Positions 12,301 to 24,000 are shown, numbered from the whole stretch's first letter. The stretch: DNA of 63,800 nt, filler included, from Lama guanicoe (GCA_013239625.1; 213 parts of 213 records of this genome joined end to end with filler, not necessarily neighbours in it), one strand, 5' to 3'. The notes: generated by a model from the letters alone, not told the origin. Program-made: numbers and translations.

Positions 12301-12440
12301 ACCTGGTGGGCTCCGCCGGCGCCTTGCGCTGCGGGCTCGGGGCAGTCCCTTTCGGCCCCTCGGGCCAAACTCGACCAGGTAGCTCGGGTCATTAGCTCTA
12401 GTCCCAGGCTGCGCACCTGGGCACACTCGGCCCCCTCATT
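12301..12440. promoter_or_regulatory. CpG-island-edge fragment
   Basis: High GC and CpG density. Confidence 0.5.
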
Positions 12441-12729
12441 TCAGTTCTAGTCCTGCAGGCTGGGAAGCCTGATCTTAGTTACCTACGCATCTCCGTATGT
12501 NNNNNNNNNNNNNNNNNNNNNNNNNNNNNNNNNNNNNNNNNNNNTTAATTAATTAANNNNNNNNNNNNNNNNNNNNNNNNNNNNNNNNNNNNNNNNNNNN
12601 CCTCAGTAATTACATAGTGCAACAACATCAAATTGGACAAGGGCTCCAGCTTACTCTGCACACAAGAGCTCATGACAGCTAGATTATTCCTTTGCAGAAA
12701 TACACAAAGTCCTATACATACTGTGGATG

Positions 12730-12800
12730 AATTTTCTCATCTGTAAAATGCGGATAATAACTGTATCTACCTCAATGGGTTGTTGTGAAGATTAAATGAG
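12730..12800 (+). mobile_element. MIR SINE core
   Basis: ttttctcatctgtaaaatgcggataataac...tacctcaatgggttgttgtgaagattaaatgag. Confidence 0.92.
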
Positions 12801-13200
12801 NNNNNNNNNNNNNNNNNNNNNNNNNNNNNNNNNNNNNNNNNNNNTTAATTAATTAANNNNNNNNNNNNNNNNNNNNNNNNNNNNNNNNNNNNNNNNNNNN
12901 GTTATCTTATCCCAGGTTCATGCATACTTTATCATTTTAAGAGAATGGGATTTGCTGGCATTTACTACTAGGGTCCACCTTCCAATATAATACTAACTTA
13001 CTATTTGACACCATAGAAATCCTTTCAAGTTATTATAAACCCACATAATGCCAATCGGAAAACATTTCTCTAGCTGGTCATGAATATTAGAATATATTAA
13101 NNNNNNNNNNNNNNNNNNNNNNNNNNNNNNNNNNNNNNNNNNNNTTAATTAATTAANNNNNNNNNNNNNNNNNNNNNNNNNNNNNNNNNNNNNNNNNNNN

Positions 13201-13400
13201 AGGACTAGCAGCAGCAAAACACGGAATAGATGAGAAGGGAATTGCCACCTTCCCTTTACTCCAATGACATGTAACTGTCCCCAGTATGACTTTAGCTGTG
13301 AGCCTTCTGTGAACGTCTTTTATCAGATTGAAAAAGGTCTCTTCTGTTTCCAATTTGCTAAGAGCTTTTATCATGAATTGGTGTTGAATTCTGTCACGTG
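13201..13400 (-). mobile_element. L1 ORF2 (RT region) decayed fragment
   Basis: Minus translation MIKALSKLETEETFFNLIKDVHRRLTAKVIL resembles L1 MIKTLNKLGIEGxYLNIIKAIYxKPTANIIL. Confidence 0.85.
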
Positions 13401-13800
13401 NNNNNNNNNNNNNNNNNNNNNNNNNNNNNNNNNNNNNNNNNNNNTTAATTAATTAANNNNNNNNNNNNNNNNNNNNNNNNNNNNNNNNNNNNNNNNNNNN
13501 TCCATCCACCTCTGTCTTCCACTTCACATACTAAATACTGCATATTTTCTTATCCCTGCCCATCACCTCTCACCGCCAAGCACACACATTTTCTGCCCTT
13601 TGGAGGTAGCAAATTATTCTAGATTTTATATTTGACTCCTATAAAATATGTTTTGTTCAGTTAATTAAGGCAGTGGGAGCAAATGCCTTGGAATAGCAAA
13701 NNNNNNNNNNNNNNNNNNNNNNNNNNNNNNNNNNNNNNNNNNNNTTAATTAATTAANNNNNNNNNNNNNNNNNNNNNNNNNNNNNNNNNNNNNNNNNNNN

Positions 13801-13843
13801 GCATGACCTCAGCTCCTTCGTGGTGGACATGTGGCTCCACACG
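13801..13843 (+). CDS. 3' part of an exon of an NXF2/NXF3/NXF5-type nuclear RNA export factor (NTF2-like domain)
   Basis: G CAT GAC CTC AGC TCC TTC GTG GTG GAC ATG TGG CTC CAC ACG|gtgagc = HDLSSFVVDMWLHT followed by a donor site. Confidence 0.88.
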
Positions 13844-13924
13844 GTGAGCGCCTGCTTCCATCTTGGGCCGCAGGTGGGTAGGAGGTTTAGGTGGTGACTG
13901 AGCGCCTGGGCTCTTCCGTTTCAG

Positions 13925-13967
13925 AACACGATGCTCTGCTTCTCTGTCAATGGGGTGTTCAAGGAAG
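13925..13967 (+). CDS. Next 43-nt NXF exon (NTMLCFSVNGVFKE)
   Basis: ttccgtttcag|AAC ACG ATG CTC TGC TTC TCT GTC AAT GGG GTG TTC AAG GAA G|gtgagt; LCFSVNGVFKE is the NXF family motif; the 81-bp intron 13844-13924 keeps the frame. Confidence 0.92.
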
Positions 13968-14551
13968 GTGAGTGTGTGTAGACCCCCCGTCCCCAGATGC
14001 NNNNNNNNNNNNNNNNNNNNNNNNNNNNNNNNNNNNNNNNNNNNTTAATTAATTAANNNNNNNNNNNNNNNNNNNNNNNNNNNNNNNNNNNNNNNNNNNN
14101 TGAGATTAAGATATATAGGCATGAACTTGCTTTTATTTGAAGTAAATATGCCTGGAATGACATAAACCAAATAATAATAATATTTGTATTATGTGAAAAG
14201 GGAGGGCAGCTAGGGACAGAAGCAGAAAATGATCATTATACCCCTTTTCATTTTTTTGAATTTTGAAACATGTGAATGTGCTATTCATATAAAAAAATTA
14301 NNNNNNNNNNNNNNNNNNNNNNNNNNNNNNNNNNNNNNNNNNNNTTAATTAATTAANNNNNNNNNNNNNNNNNNNNNNNNNNNNNNNNNNNNNNNNNNNN
14401 TAAGCCTCAGGCAGGGTCAGCCTTAAGCTGGAGTGAGTCGATAGGTAGAATTTATATATATATATATATATTTTTTTTTTACAAAAGAAAGTATTTCTTT
14501 CCATTTCTCAACACATTCTGCTCACAGGCTGATAGCATCTTGAAAAAAAAA

Positions 14552-14600
14552 TTTTTTAATGGAGGAGCTGGGGATTGAACTCAGGACCTTGTGCATGCTA
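14552..14600 (-). mobile_element. tRNA-derived SINE of camelid (Vic-1-like) type
   Basis: ttttttaatggaggagctggggattgaactcaggaccttgtgcatgcta; reverse complement has a B-box-like GAGTTCAATCC and an A tail. Confidence 0.8.
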
Positions 14601-15000
14601 NNNNNNNNNNNNNNNNNNNNNNNNNNNNNNNNNNNNNNNNNNNNTTAATTAATTAANNNNNNNNNNNNNNNNNNNNNNNNNNNNNNNNNNNNNNNNNNNN
14701 AGGGGATTGAGGACTACCATGAGCTACCACCACGAGGAAATCAGACAGAATTTACGATTACAGAGACACACAGAAGTCTGAGACCAGCCCCAAACTCCCA
14801 GATCAGCTTGGGAATTTCTCCAAGTCATTCATGGAAGAAGCACTGCTGGTCGTCTGAACTCCTGGGCTTACATCCCAGTCTCCTTAGTGATATCTCAGTG
14901 NNNNNNNNNNNNNNNNNNNNNNNNNNNNNNNNNNNNNNNNNNNNTTAATTAATTAANNNNNNNNNNNNNNNNNNNNNNNNNNNNNNNNNNNNNNNNNNNN

Positions 15001-15200
15001 TGATTTATTGGGTCACTACCTACATGGCTAACCCAAACCCTAACTGTAACCCAAACCTTTACTTAGCCCTAACCGCTGAGCCCCTTCCTCCCCTGGTGGT
15101 CAATCACTTGTCACAAAGCTTAAAGCCCCACTCCTCTAATCACATGTTTGATGTCTCTGGCTGGCCAGTCCCCATCCTGAGTCATCTCATGAACCCAAGC
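15001..15200 (+). mobile_element. MER21-like LTR remnant
   Basis: taaagccccactcctctaatcacatgtttg...ctctggctggccagtccccatcctgag resembles recalled MER21. Confidence 0.55.
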
Positions 15201-15900
15201 NNNNNNNNNNNNNNNNNNNNNNNNNNNNNNNNNNNNNNNNNNNNTTAATTAATTAANNNNNNNNNNNNNNNNNNNNNNNNNNNNNNNNNNNNNNNNNNNN
15301 GTATCAGAGGATAGTTGTGGCTGTTGCTTCCTCATTGATCTGAGGGACAAGGACAAGCTCCTTATGACTTCCTTGTGTCTTCTAGTGATGTGGAATCCCG
15401 ATATTCCCAAAGTACATGTTCTTTGATTATACATTACTTGTTAAATAAATCATATATTATTTATATTAAAATAAAGACATTATATATATTTAAGTTGTGA
15501 NNNNNNNNNNNNNNNNNNNNNNNNNNNNNNNNNNNNNNNNNNNNTTAATTAATTAANNNNNNNNNNNNNNNNNNNNNNNNNNNNNNNNNNNNNNNNNNNN
15601 CCAAGCCCCCATTCGTCACCCCCAGTCTTCACGGTGCGGGGACAGTGGGACCTCTGAGCGCTCGCGGAGCCGGTGGATGAGGACATGAGATGCGCGGGCT
15701 GGGTCAGCTCTGGACACGGGAGATGGAGTCTTCCAGGTAGAGGCGACCGCCCATTCATTGGCTCTGAAATGGAAAAGGCATCGTGAGCGAAGGGATGAAG
15801 NNNNNNNNNNNNNNNNNNNNNNNNNNNNNNNNNNNNNNNNNNNNTTAATTAATTAANNNNNNNNNNNNNNNNNNNNNNNNNNNNNNNNNNNNNNNNNNNN

Positions 15901-15952
15901 AAAAACAGGCTGCAAGCTGGATCTGGCCCATGAGCTGCAGTTGGCCAACTCC
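15901..15952 (+). mobile_element. MER58-type hAT end
   Basis: aaaacaggctgcaagctggatctggcccatgagctgcagttggccaactcc. Confidence 0.7.
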
Positions 15953-17700
15953 AACAACTCTGGAGCTGTGGCCATTAAAACCACCTCCCTCCTGCAACTC
16001 GGAGTATGACTTCAGATAAGTGGGCCAAACTGGCCTCAGATCAGTAAGCTAGGGACCACAGAAAACAAAAGCACTTCCCTTAGAGTGACCTCAGGAGGGG
16101 NNNNNNNNNNNNNNNNNNNNNNNNNNNNNNNNNNNNNNNNNNNNTTAATTAATTAANNNNNNNNNNNNNNNNNNNNNNNNNNNNNNNNNNNNNNNNNNNN
16201 CCCCCACTGTGAGTGGCAGACATGTATCACATCCTATTTTCTCCCTGGGTCGCAAGCACCTTCCGCAGAGCCAGAGCCTTTTGAATTCCCAGGACACTCA
16301 CCCCTGCCCTGCAGCTTCTAAAGCATCATATTAGCCACCAGTACACTGTAGACAAGGCCCAGCAGGGACCCCAGGATGATGAGGGCCACTGTCATAGGCA
16401 NNNNNNNNNNNNNNNNNNNNNNNNNNNNNNNNNNNNNNNNNNNNTTAATTAATTAANNNNNNNNNNNNNNNNNNNNNNNNNNNNNNNNNNNNNNNNNNNN
16501 AAGTGATACCCAAAAGTCACAGCTCCCGTGTCACCCGACTCTGCTCCCCACCTCCCGCCCCCACTGTAATGTATTTTCTGGACTTGCCGACACTGGGGTT
16601 CTGTTGCGTTTCCCCTTTGGAGGTGCCAGTTCTAAGCAATGGGCAAAAATCATTTAAGGGACATAACAGAAATTCATTCCAAATGTTCCAAATGGACTAA
16701 NNNNNNNNNNNNNNNNNNNNNNNNNNNNNNNNNNNNNNNNNNNNTTAATTAATTAANNNNNNNNNNNNNNNNNNNNNNNNNNNNNNNNNNNNNNNNNNNN
16801 CCAGAAGAGGAGGGTCTGTGGACGCCCGTCCCAGGGCAGCGGGAGTGCCTGTGCCCTGGGCTCCCTGAGACTCTGCTGCTGAGACAGGCCGGGAGGGATT
16901 CTGAGTCACAGCCCGGGACAGACACTCTGGACGCACAGCTGAAAAAGACACCAAGGCTTAGAAGGCTCGAGGGACAGCCCAGGTCACAGCAGGCCTGCTG
17001 NNNNNNNNNNNNNNNNNNNNNNNNNNNNNNNNNNNNNNNNNNNNTTAATTAATTAANNNNNNNNNNNNNNNNNNNNNNNNNNNNNNNNNNNNNNNNNNNN
17101 TCAGAAGAAATCCAAACTTCTAATAACAAACTTTGCTGTTCCAGTGTTCTTTTTATTTAGCAAAAGCTTTTGTTTGCAAGAGTTTGTAGTGAGTGACCAA
17201 CATGGATTTATTCTAAGATTTTGCCACTGAAGAACAGCTTTAATGAAATAATCAAAGACTTTATTTTAGCCCCAGATCTACCCTCACGAAGTTGTTCAAG
17301 NNNNNNNNNNNNNNNNNNNNNNNNNNNNNNNNNNNNNNNNNNNNTTAATTAATTAANNNNNNNNNNNNNNNNNNNNNNNNNNNNNNNNNNNNNNNNNNNN
17401 TTCTTAGCTTGGGGTCCACAGATGACCGCTGGAGGATCTTGAAACCCCATGGAAGTTCATACTGAGTTCCCTGTGAGCGTGCCCAAGTGCATTCAGGAGA
17501 GGATCCATCTCTCCCAGCCAAAGCCACCTAGCGATCTCTCCTTAGGGAAACAAAAGATGCTGCTCAGAAACTTCAGGGTGAAGACGGGGCTCAGGGAGGC
17601 NNNNNNNNNNNNNNNNNNNNNNNNNNNNNNNNNNNNNNNNNNNNTTAATTAATTAANNNNNNNNNNNNNNNNNNNNNNNNNNNNNNNNNNNNNNNNNNNN

Positions 17701-17896
17701 TTGATGGACACACGGTCCTTCTTCACCTCCTTCTCTGATCCAGTGGTTTCAACAACGAACTTGCAGCTGCCCCAGTCAGCTCCTCGACACCACCACTTCA
17801 CATGGGTCTCCCACCCAGGGCCATATCGACACTGCACAGTCAACGAGCCCTGCTCCAGGCCTCTCACTGCTTTTGGACCCGTGATGGCAGCTGAAC
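17701..17896 (-). CDS. IgV-domain exon of a CD300 (CMRF35-like) family receptor, CD300LF/LB/LD-like
   Basis: ccag| then (G)SAAITGPKAVRGLEQGSLTVQCRYGPGWETHVKWWCRGADWGSCKFVVETTGSEKEVKKDRVSI; has the CD300-typical extra cysteine pair (WC...C) and a phase-1 acceptor. Confidence 0.93.
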
Positions 17897-18900
17897 CTGG
17901 NNNNNNNNNNNNNNNNNNNNNNNNNNNNNNNNNNNNNNNNNNNNTTAATTAATTAANNNNNNNNNNNNNNNNNNNNNNNNNNNNNNNNNNNNNNNNNNNN
18001 ACACTGGAGATTCCTGCCTTTTCTCACCTTTCTTTGGCGACCTCCAGGCCACTTGTCACCCCAAAGTATGTGACTAGTTATCAGCCCAGATGTTCCTGCT
18101 TTGCTTTGTCTGCACAGGGACCCCTGTTATTTACACAATGTATGGTTTCCTGTGTTTGACCCATACCCCTCCTTTTTGCCCAATTCCTGCCATTTAGCCT
18201 NNNNNNNNNNNNNNNNNNNNNNNNNNNNNNNNNNNNNNNNNNNNTTAATTAATTAANNNNNNNNNNNNNNNNNNNNNNNNNNNNNNNNNNNNNNNNNNNN
18301 GCCCTGTTTTGGGAGGAAATCAAACTCAAACAACACTGAAAAGTGGGCACGTATATCTACAGAGTTGACTGCGGTGGTAGCAGGGAGGCTCAATGTGGAA
18401 GACTTCCCAGGAACAGGGGCAATGGAGTCAGATGCAAGACTCCCCCATGCATGAGGACTCTCCATCTCAAGCCTTGGGATTTTAGGAATCATCAAGTTTT
18501 NNNNNNNNNNNNNNNNNNNNNNNNNNNNNNNNNNNNNNNNNNNNTTAATTAATTAANNNNNNNNNNNNNNNNNNNNNNNNNNNNNNNNNNNNNNNNNNNN
18601 AAGCTGCAAAAACCAATAATCTAAATAACTACTTTTCTAAAAAATCAAATGTATTGTTATTTTAAGGTAACAAATCAATCATCACTTTCTGCATCTGGGT
18701 AATTGCCTCCCAGAGTGTTAGGAACTAGGGACATAAGGTGAAGAGGGGACAAAAAAAAAAAAGATTCATCTTAATTTTCCAGGAATTTGCTGTCTGCTAG
18801 NNNNNNNNNNNNNNNNNNNNNNNNNNNNNNNNNNNNNNNNNNNNTTAATTAATTAANNNNNNNNNNNNNNNNNNNNNNNNNNNNNNNNNNNNNNNNNNNN

Positions 18901-19033
18901 TGCTCTCCTTTTAGATAAAAGGGGGCAGTCAGGGAGAACTTCCTGCCTGCGCTACTTTTCGACTGCTTTCGGCTCAAAATAATTAGTATGCCAAAGCGGT
19001 GTGTTTTGGTGTAGCGTGTTCTGATCCCCCTCA
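18901..19033 (-). mobile_element. ERV1 LTR 5' end (MER34/MER39-like)
   Basis: Reverse complement begins TGAGGGGGATCAGAACACGCTACACCAAAACACACCGCTTTGGCATACTAATTATTTTGAGCCGAAAGC. Confidence 0.7.
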
Positions 19034-19200
19034 CTCTGAACTCATGGGCAGTGTTTATGGGGAACACAGGAGAAGGTATTTGTTTTAAAAATTGATTTTC
19101 NNNNNNNNNNNNNNNNNNNNNNNNNNNNNNNNNNNNNNNNNNNNTTAATTAATTAANNNNNNNNNNNNNNNNNNNNNNNNNNNNNNNNNNNNNNNNNNNN

Positions 19201-19325
19201 CTCCTTCTTGCCTTGCTTTCTCTCCCTCCTTCCCTCTTTTCTTCCTTCCCCCCATCCTTCCCTCCTTCCCTCCCTCCCTCTTTCCTCCCTTCCTTGTTTC
19301 CTTCCTTCCTTCCTTTCCTTTTCTT
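19201..19325. repeat. CT-rich (CCTT/CCCT)n low-complexity tract
   Basis: Direct reading of the sequence. Confidence 0.9.
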
Positions 19326-19800
19326 ACTCAGTTCCCTAAAACTAGTTTGAATTCACAAAACAAAGCAGATGAGCCCCACAGAAACCTCACCCAGGCTGTC
19401 NNNNNNNNNNNNNNNNNNNNNNNNNNNNNNNNNNNNNNNNNNNNTTAATTAATTAANNNNNNNNNNNNNNNNNNNNNNNNNNNNNNNNNNNNNNNNNNNN
19501 AATTAAGGCCGAGAGAGGGCTGACGGCAATGCTGTAAATATGAATTGTATAAAGTAAAACCTTACTGTAAAAAATCTTAGAAAAATCTCCCCTGTCTTTT
19601 CATGGAATTTTAGGAACTTTCACTTTATTCTGTCTAAATAAGCTCCAAATAACATGGCAGGTCTCTCCCAACAAAGTGCAAAAATGTACTCATTATTCAC
19701 NNNNNNNNNNNNNNNNNNNNNNNNNNNNNNNNNNNNNNNNNNNNTTAATTAATTAANNNNNNNNNNNNNNNNNNNNNNNNNNNNNNNNNNNNNNNNNNNN

Positions 19801-19949
19801 TCTCCCCAAGCCGGCATCATCTCCCCAAGCCTGCATCATGTCACCAAGTCCACATCATCTCCCAATTCATCCTCACTTCCGTAAGCCCGCATCATGTCCC
19901 CAAGCATAAATCACCTCCCTAAGCGCGCATGATCTCCAAGCCCGCATGA
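19801..19949. repeat. 19-bp minisatellite (about 8 degenerate copies of TCTCCCCAAGCCCGCATCA)
   Basis: Unit lengths 19,19,19,18,19,19,19,17 read directly. Confidence 0.9.
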
Positions 19950-20000
19950 TCTCCCTTCCCACCCCCTCATCCCCCTGTCAACCACAAGTTTGTATTCTAT
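19950..20000 (-). mobile_element. Young L1 3' UTR fragment (antisense)
   Basis: cccttcccaccccctc...aaccacaagtttgtattctat is the reverse complement of the motif seen at 3930-3975. Confidence 0.75.
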
Positions 20001-21300
20001 NNNNNNNNNNNNNNNNNNNNNNNNNNNNNNNNNNNNNNNNNNNNTTAATTAATTAANNNNNNNNNNNNNNNNNNNNNNNNNNNNNNNNNNNNNNNNNNNN
20101 CCCCTGGAGGTTGGGAACTCTGAAAGCCAACGAGGAGGTGCGCCACCCGCCAATATTCTGGGTCCCCCTTCACGGAGGTGATTCAGTCCTCTGGGTGGCT
20201 GTGCCCTAACCAGACTCAGTGGAGGGACAGACCAACTCATGAAGCAACACGGCCGGACAAGGTAGGAGCCCTGGGAATTGTCCATATATAGGTTAGGGCG
20301 NNNNNNNNNNNNNNNNNNNNNNNNNNNNNNNNNNNNNNNNNNNNTTAATTAATTAANNNNNNNNNNNNNNNNNNNNNNNNNNNNNNNNNNNNNNNNNNNN
20401 CCTCCATGTCCTCCCACACACACCCCCACCGCTGAAAAAGAATTTGAAGCAGCTTAATGTGTTCACTTAAAGATATCGTCCAAAAATTGTCTTACAATGT
20501 TCTTTACCTCTGTTACCTTTACTCATAGAAAAACTGAATTTAAAAAGTGAATTACATTTTTTTAAGAAATAAATCCATCGGATGCATGATGGAAGGAAAA
20601 NNNNNNNNNNNNNNNNNNNNNNNNNNNNNNNNNNNNNNNNNNNNTTAATTAATTAANNNNNNNNNNNNNNNNNNNNNNNNNNNNNNNNNNNNNNNNNNNN
20701 AACAACAACAACAACAACCACTACTATTCACCGAGTGATCAGTGTCCTAAGCATTGCATTCAGTGAGATACATGTGTATATATTCCATTTCAATCCTTAT
20801 GTAACTTCATTCTGCTTCCACAGCAAACTATGCCAGTCACAATATCATCCTCAGATCCTCTTCTATCAAGATTAACATAACCTTATTCCTTGACGTATCC
20901 NNNNNNNNNNNNNNNNNNNNNNNNNNNNNNNNNNNNNNNNNNNNTTAATTAATTAANNNNNNNNNNNNNNNNNNNNNNNNNNNNNNNNNNNNNNNNNNNN
21001 TTCTCTTTTCCTTTTCTTCTGTTTTTGTATTCTGCATTCTCCACATTTTGTTTTGTTTTATTTTTCTTGGCTTTTGAAAGAAGTATATTTTATATCTTAA
21101 TCCTCTGCTAGTTTTTTGTTTTGTTTAGTGTATTTCACAGTGACTACTCCATTGTCTTGACTTATTACAAAGGTCAATATTAGGTTTGTTTTTTCCTTCA
21201 NNNNNNNNNNNNNNNNNNNNNNNNNNNNNNNNNNNNNNNNNNNNTTAATTAATTAANNNNNNNNNNNNNNNNNNNNNNNNNNNNNNNNNNNNNNNNNNNN

Positions 21301-21500
21301 TCTGGGGATTTTCTCAGGAAAAATTCTTGCAAGTGTGTACAAGTGAGCATGTACAGGAAAGGTGACAGCAACATTTTTGGTAATTGCAAAATTTACAAAA
21401 AACCTAAATATGTATAAATGGTAGAATTAATAATTAAATTATAGTATATTCGTGCCATAGAATACAATACAGAACTGAAAGTAAGTACATTAGAGATTTA
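21301..21500 (+). mobile_element. Old L1ME-type ORF2 3' fragment
   Basis: gcaacatttttggtaattgcaaaa...aaacctaaatatgt...tagtatattcgtgccatagaatacaatacag. Confidence 0.7.
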
Positions 21501-21900
21501 NNNNNNNNNNNNNNNNNNNNNNNNNNNNNNNNNNNNNNNNNNNNTTAATTAATTAANNNNNNNNNNNNNNNNNNNNNNNNNNNNNNNNNNNNNNNNNNNN
21601 GATGGGACCACCAGGTTACTACATGTTCAATGACCCATTCCTTCCCAGACGGGACATCTCCCCTCAAGTCCTCCTTTCCCCACATGAAGTTGAGGGGATG
21701 TGGGTCTGCCCAGGGAGGGCTCCCAGAGGAGGCCAGCCTCCTCCAGGCCACCCTGTGTTACCTTAGGTGTCCTCCTCATAATAGACCTGTAGTGTTGGGG
21801 NNNNNNNNNNNNNNNNNNNNNNNNNNNNNNNNNNNNNNNNNNNNTTAATTAATTAANNNNNNNNNNNNNNNNNNNNNNNNNNNNNNNNNNNNNNNNNNNN

Positions 21901-21975
21901 ATAATATATAATTATATAATATAATTATATATAATATATTGTATAATATATAATAATATATATAAATCTATATAG
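21901..21975. repeat. AT-rich (TATAA)n-like simple repeat
   Basis: Direct reading of the sequence. Confidence 0.9.
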
Positions 21976-22200
21976 TTCACATTAATGAAAATGCACATGA
22001 GCAATATTAAGGCAAGTAACATGGAGAACTAAAAATTAACAATTTATTGTCATGCCCAAAGTTTATGACCTCTATTTCTAATGCATTATCTTCAGCATTA
22101 NNNNNNNNNNNNNNNNNNNNNNNNNNNNNNNNNNNNNNNNNNNNTTAATTAATTAANNNNNNNNNNNNNNNNNNNNNNNNNNNNNNNNNNNNNNNNNNNN

Positions 22201-22400
22201 TTATCTGACTTATTTCACTAAGCCTAATGCCCTCCAAATCCATTTATGTCCTTGCAAATGGCACAATTTCATTTGTTTTTATGACTGAGTAATACTGCAT
22301 TGTATATATGTGTATACATATATATACAATCAGTGGGCACTTAGTTTGCTTCTATATCTTGGATATTGTAAACAATGCTTCAGTGAACATTGGGGCGCAT
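22201..22400 (-). mobile_element. L1 3' region (antisense)
   Basis: tctgacttatttcactaagc...gcaaatggcacaatttcattt...tattgtaaacaatgcttcagtgaacattgggg. Confidence 0.9.
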
Positions 22401-22500
22401 NNNNNNNNNNNNNNNNNNNNNNNNNNNNNNNNNNNNNNNNNNNNTTAATTAATTAANNNNNNNNNNNNNNNNNNNNNNNNNNNNNNNNNNNNNNNNNNNN

Positions 22501-22690
22501 TCAGCCTTCAAGAAGGCATAGCAATTTTAAGCATGTATACATGAAACAACAGAGCTGCAAAACACGTAAAGCAAAACCTGATAGAACTGAGGAGAAAGAG
22601 ACAAGCCACAACTATAGTTGAAGACATCAATATCCCTCTCTCAACAATTGCAGAACAAATAGACCAAAAAAATCAGTAAGAAGATAAGCC
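22501..22690 (+). mobile_element. L1 ORF2 endonuclease region, decayed
   Basis: aacaacagagctgcaaaacacgtaaagcaaaacctgatagaactg...atagttgaagacatcaatatccctctctca, a GDFNTPLS-like motif. Confidence 0.85.
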
Positions 22691-23400
22691 TGGAGATTTC
22701 NNNNNNNNNNNNNNNNNNNNNNNNNNNNNNNNNNNNNNNNNNNNTTAATTAATTAANNNNNNNNNNNNNNNNNNNNNNNNNNNNNNNNNNNNNNNNNNNN
22801 CCAGATCTGAACCTTATCCATTAAATCAGACCCAAGACCCCTCTGTCACCACTAGGAAGATCCGGGAAGTGGTCGTCTAACAGGACAGAGTTCAGCCTGG
22901 GGCACTTTAGTGGTGTCTGGCCTTCAGTTTGCATTTTTAAGCAGGTTTCCCCTCTTTGCTTGACATAAGCTCTCCTTTCCAGCCAAATTGTTCTGTTCAG
23001 NNNNNNNNNNNNNNNNNNNNNNNNNNNNNNNNNNNNNNNNNNNNTTAATTAATTAANNNNNNNNNNNNNNNNNNNNNNNNNNNNNNNNNNNNNNNNNNNN
23101 GGACTGTCTGGGGGCTGTCGCTGGCATCCTTTACGGGAGACCTAACAGGGCCCCAGAGGGGTGTGAGGGATCCCTTCTTCTTCGCGATTTGAGGAGATCG
23201 GAAAGGAGGGAGGGAAGAGACAAGAGCAGCTGGGGAAAGAGGAGAGGAAAGAGAGCAGGGCGGTGAGAAGAGAGGCGGACCTGAGACCTGCCTGTAGCTC
23301 NNNNNNNNNNNNNNNNNNNNNNNNNNNNNNNNNNNNNNNNNNNNTTAATTAATTAANNNNNNNNNNNNNNNNNNNNNNNNNNNNNNNNNNNNNNNNNNNN

Positions 23401-23600
23401 TCTTTGGCACAAGTTTGGCATTGGCCAGGCTGGAGCCCGGCACCACAATGGCTTGCTGATGGATGGCATTTGCTGTTCAGTGATCGTGCTGCTGGTGCTC
23501 TGAATGGAGGCAGCAGATATGGCCACATCTTTGACCATCGTGTTGTTGGTAAGCTTCACATTAATGACTTGTGAGCCAGCCATCTTCACAGCTGACACCA
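23401..23600 (-). pseudogene. ZNF532: ZNF532-derived pseudogene fragment with a frameshift
   Basis: VSAVKMAGSQVINVKLTNNTMVKDVAISAASIQSTSSTI, then after a 1-bp shift near 23478 TANAIHQQAIVVPGSSLANAKLVPK; matches recalled ZNF532 VSAVKTAGSQVINLKLANNTTVKATVISAASVQSASSAIIKAANAIQQQTVVVPASSLANAKLVPK. Confidence 0.85.
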
Positions 23601-24000
23601 NNNNNNNNNNNNNNNNNNNNNNNNNNNNNNNNNNNNNNNNNNNNTTAATTAATTAANNNNNNNNNNNNNNNNNNNNNNNNNNNNNNNNNNNNNNNNNNNN
23701 ATTCAAAAAAGTTTTCTTATATATGCAAAAATGGAGGCACTTTGTTTACATTCAAAATGGACATTCATTTATTTATTTTTTTTAACACTATAATCATTAT
23801 GGAACCTTTACTTGGTGCCAAGCCAAGCTAGGTGGTAAGATAGAGACATGAACCTTGAGTTAACATTTGAAATAATTTTACATAACTTTATATGAGTGTG
23901 NNNNNNNNNNNNNNNNNNNNNNNNNNNNNNNNNNNNNNNNNNNNTTAATTAATTAANNNNNNNNNNNNNNNNNNNNNNNNNNNNNNNNNNNNNNNNNNNN

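Noticed and set aside
14552..14600. tRNA gene
   Set aside because: B-box-like motif is followed by SINE tail; partial, with no complete cloverleaf.
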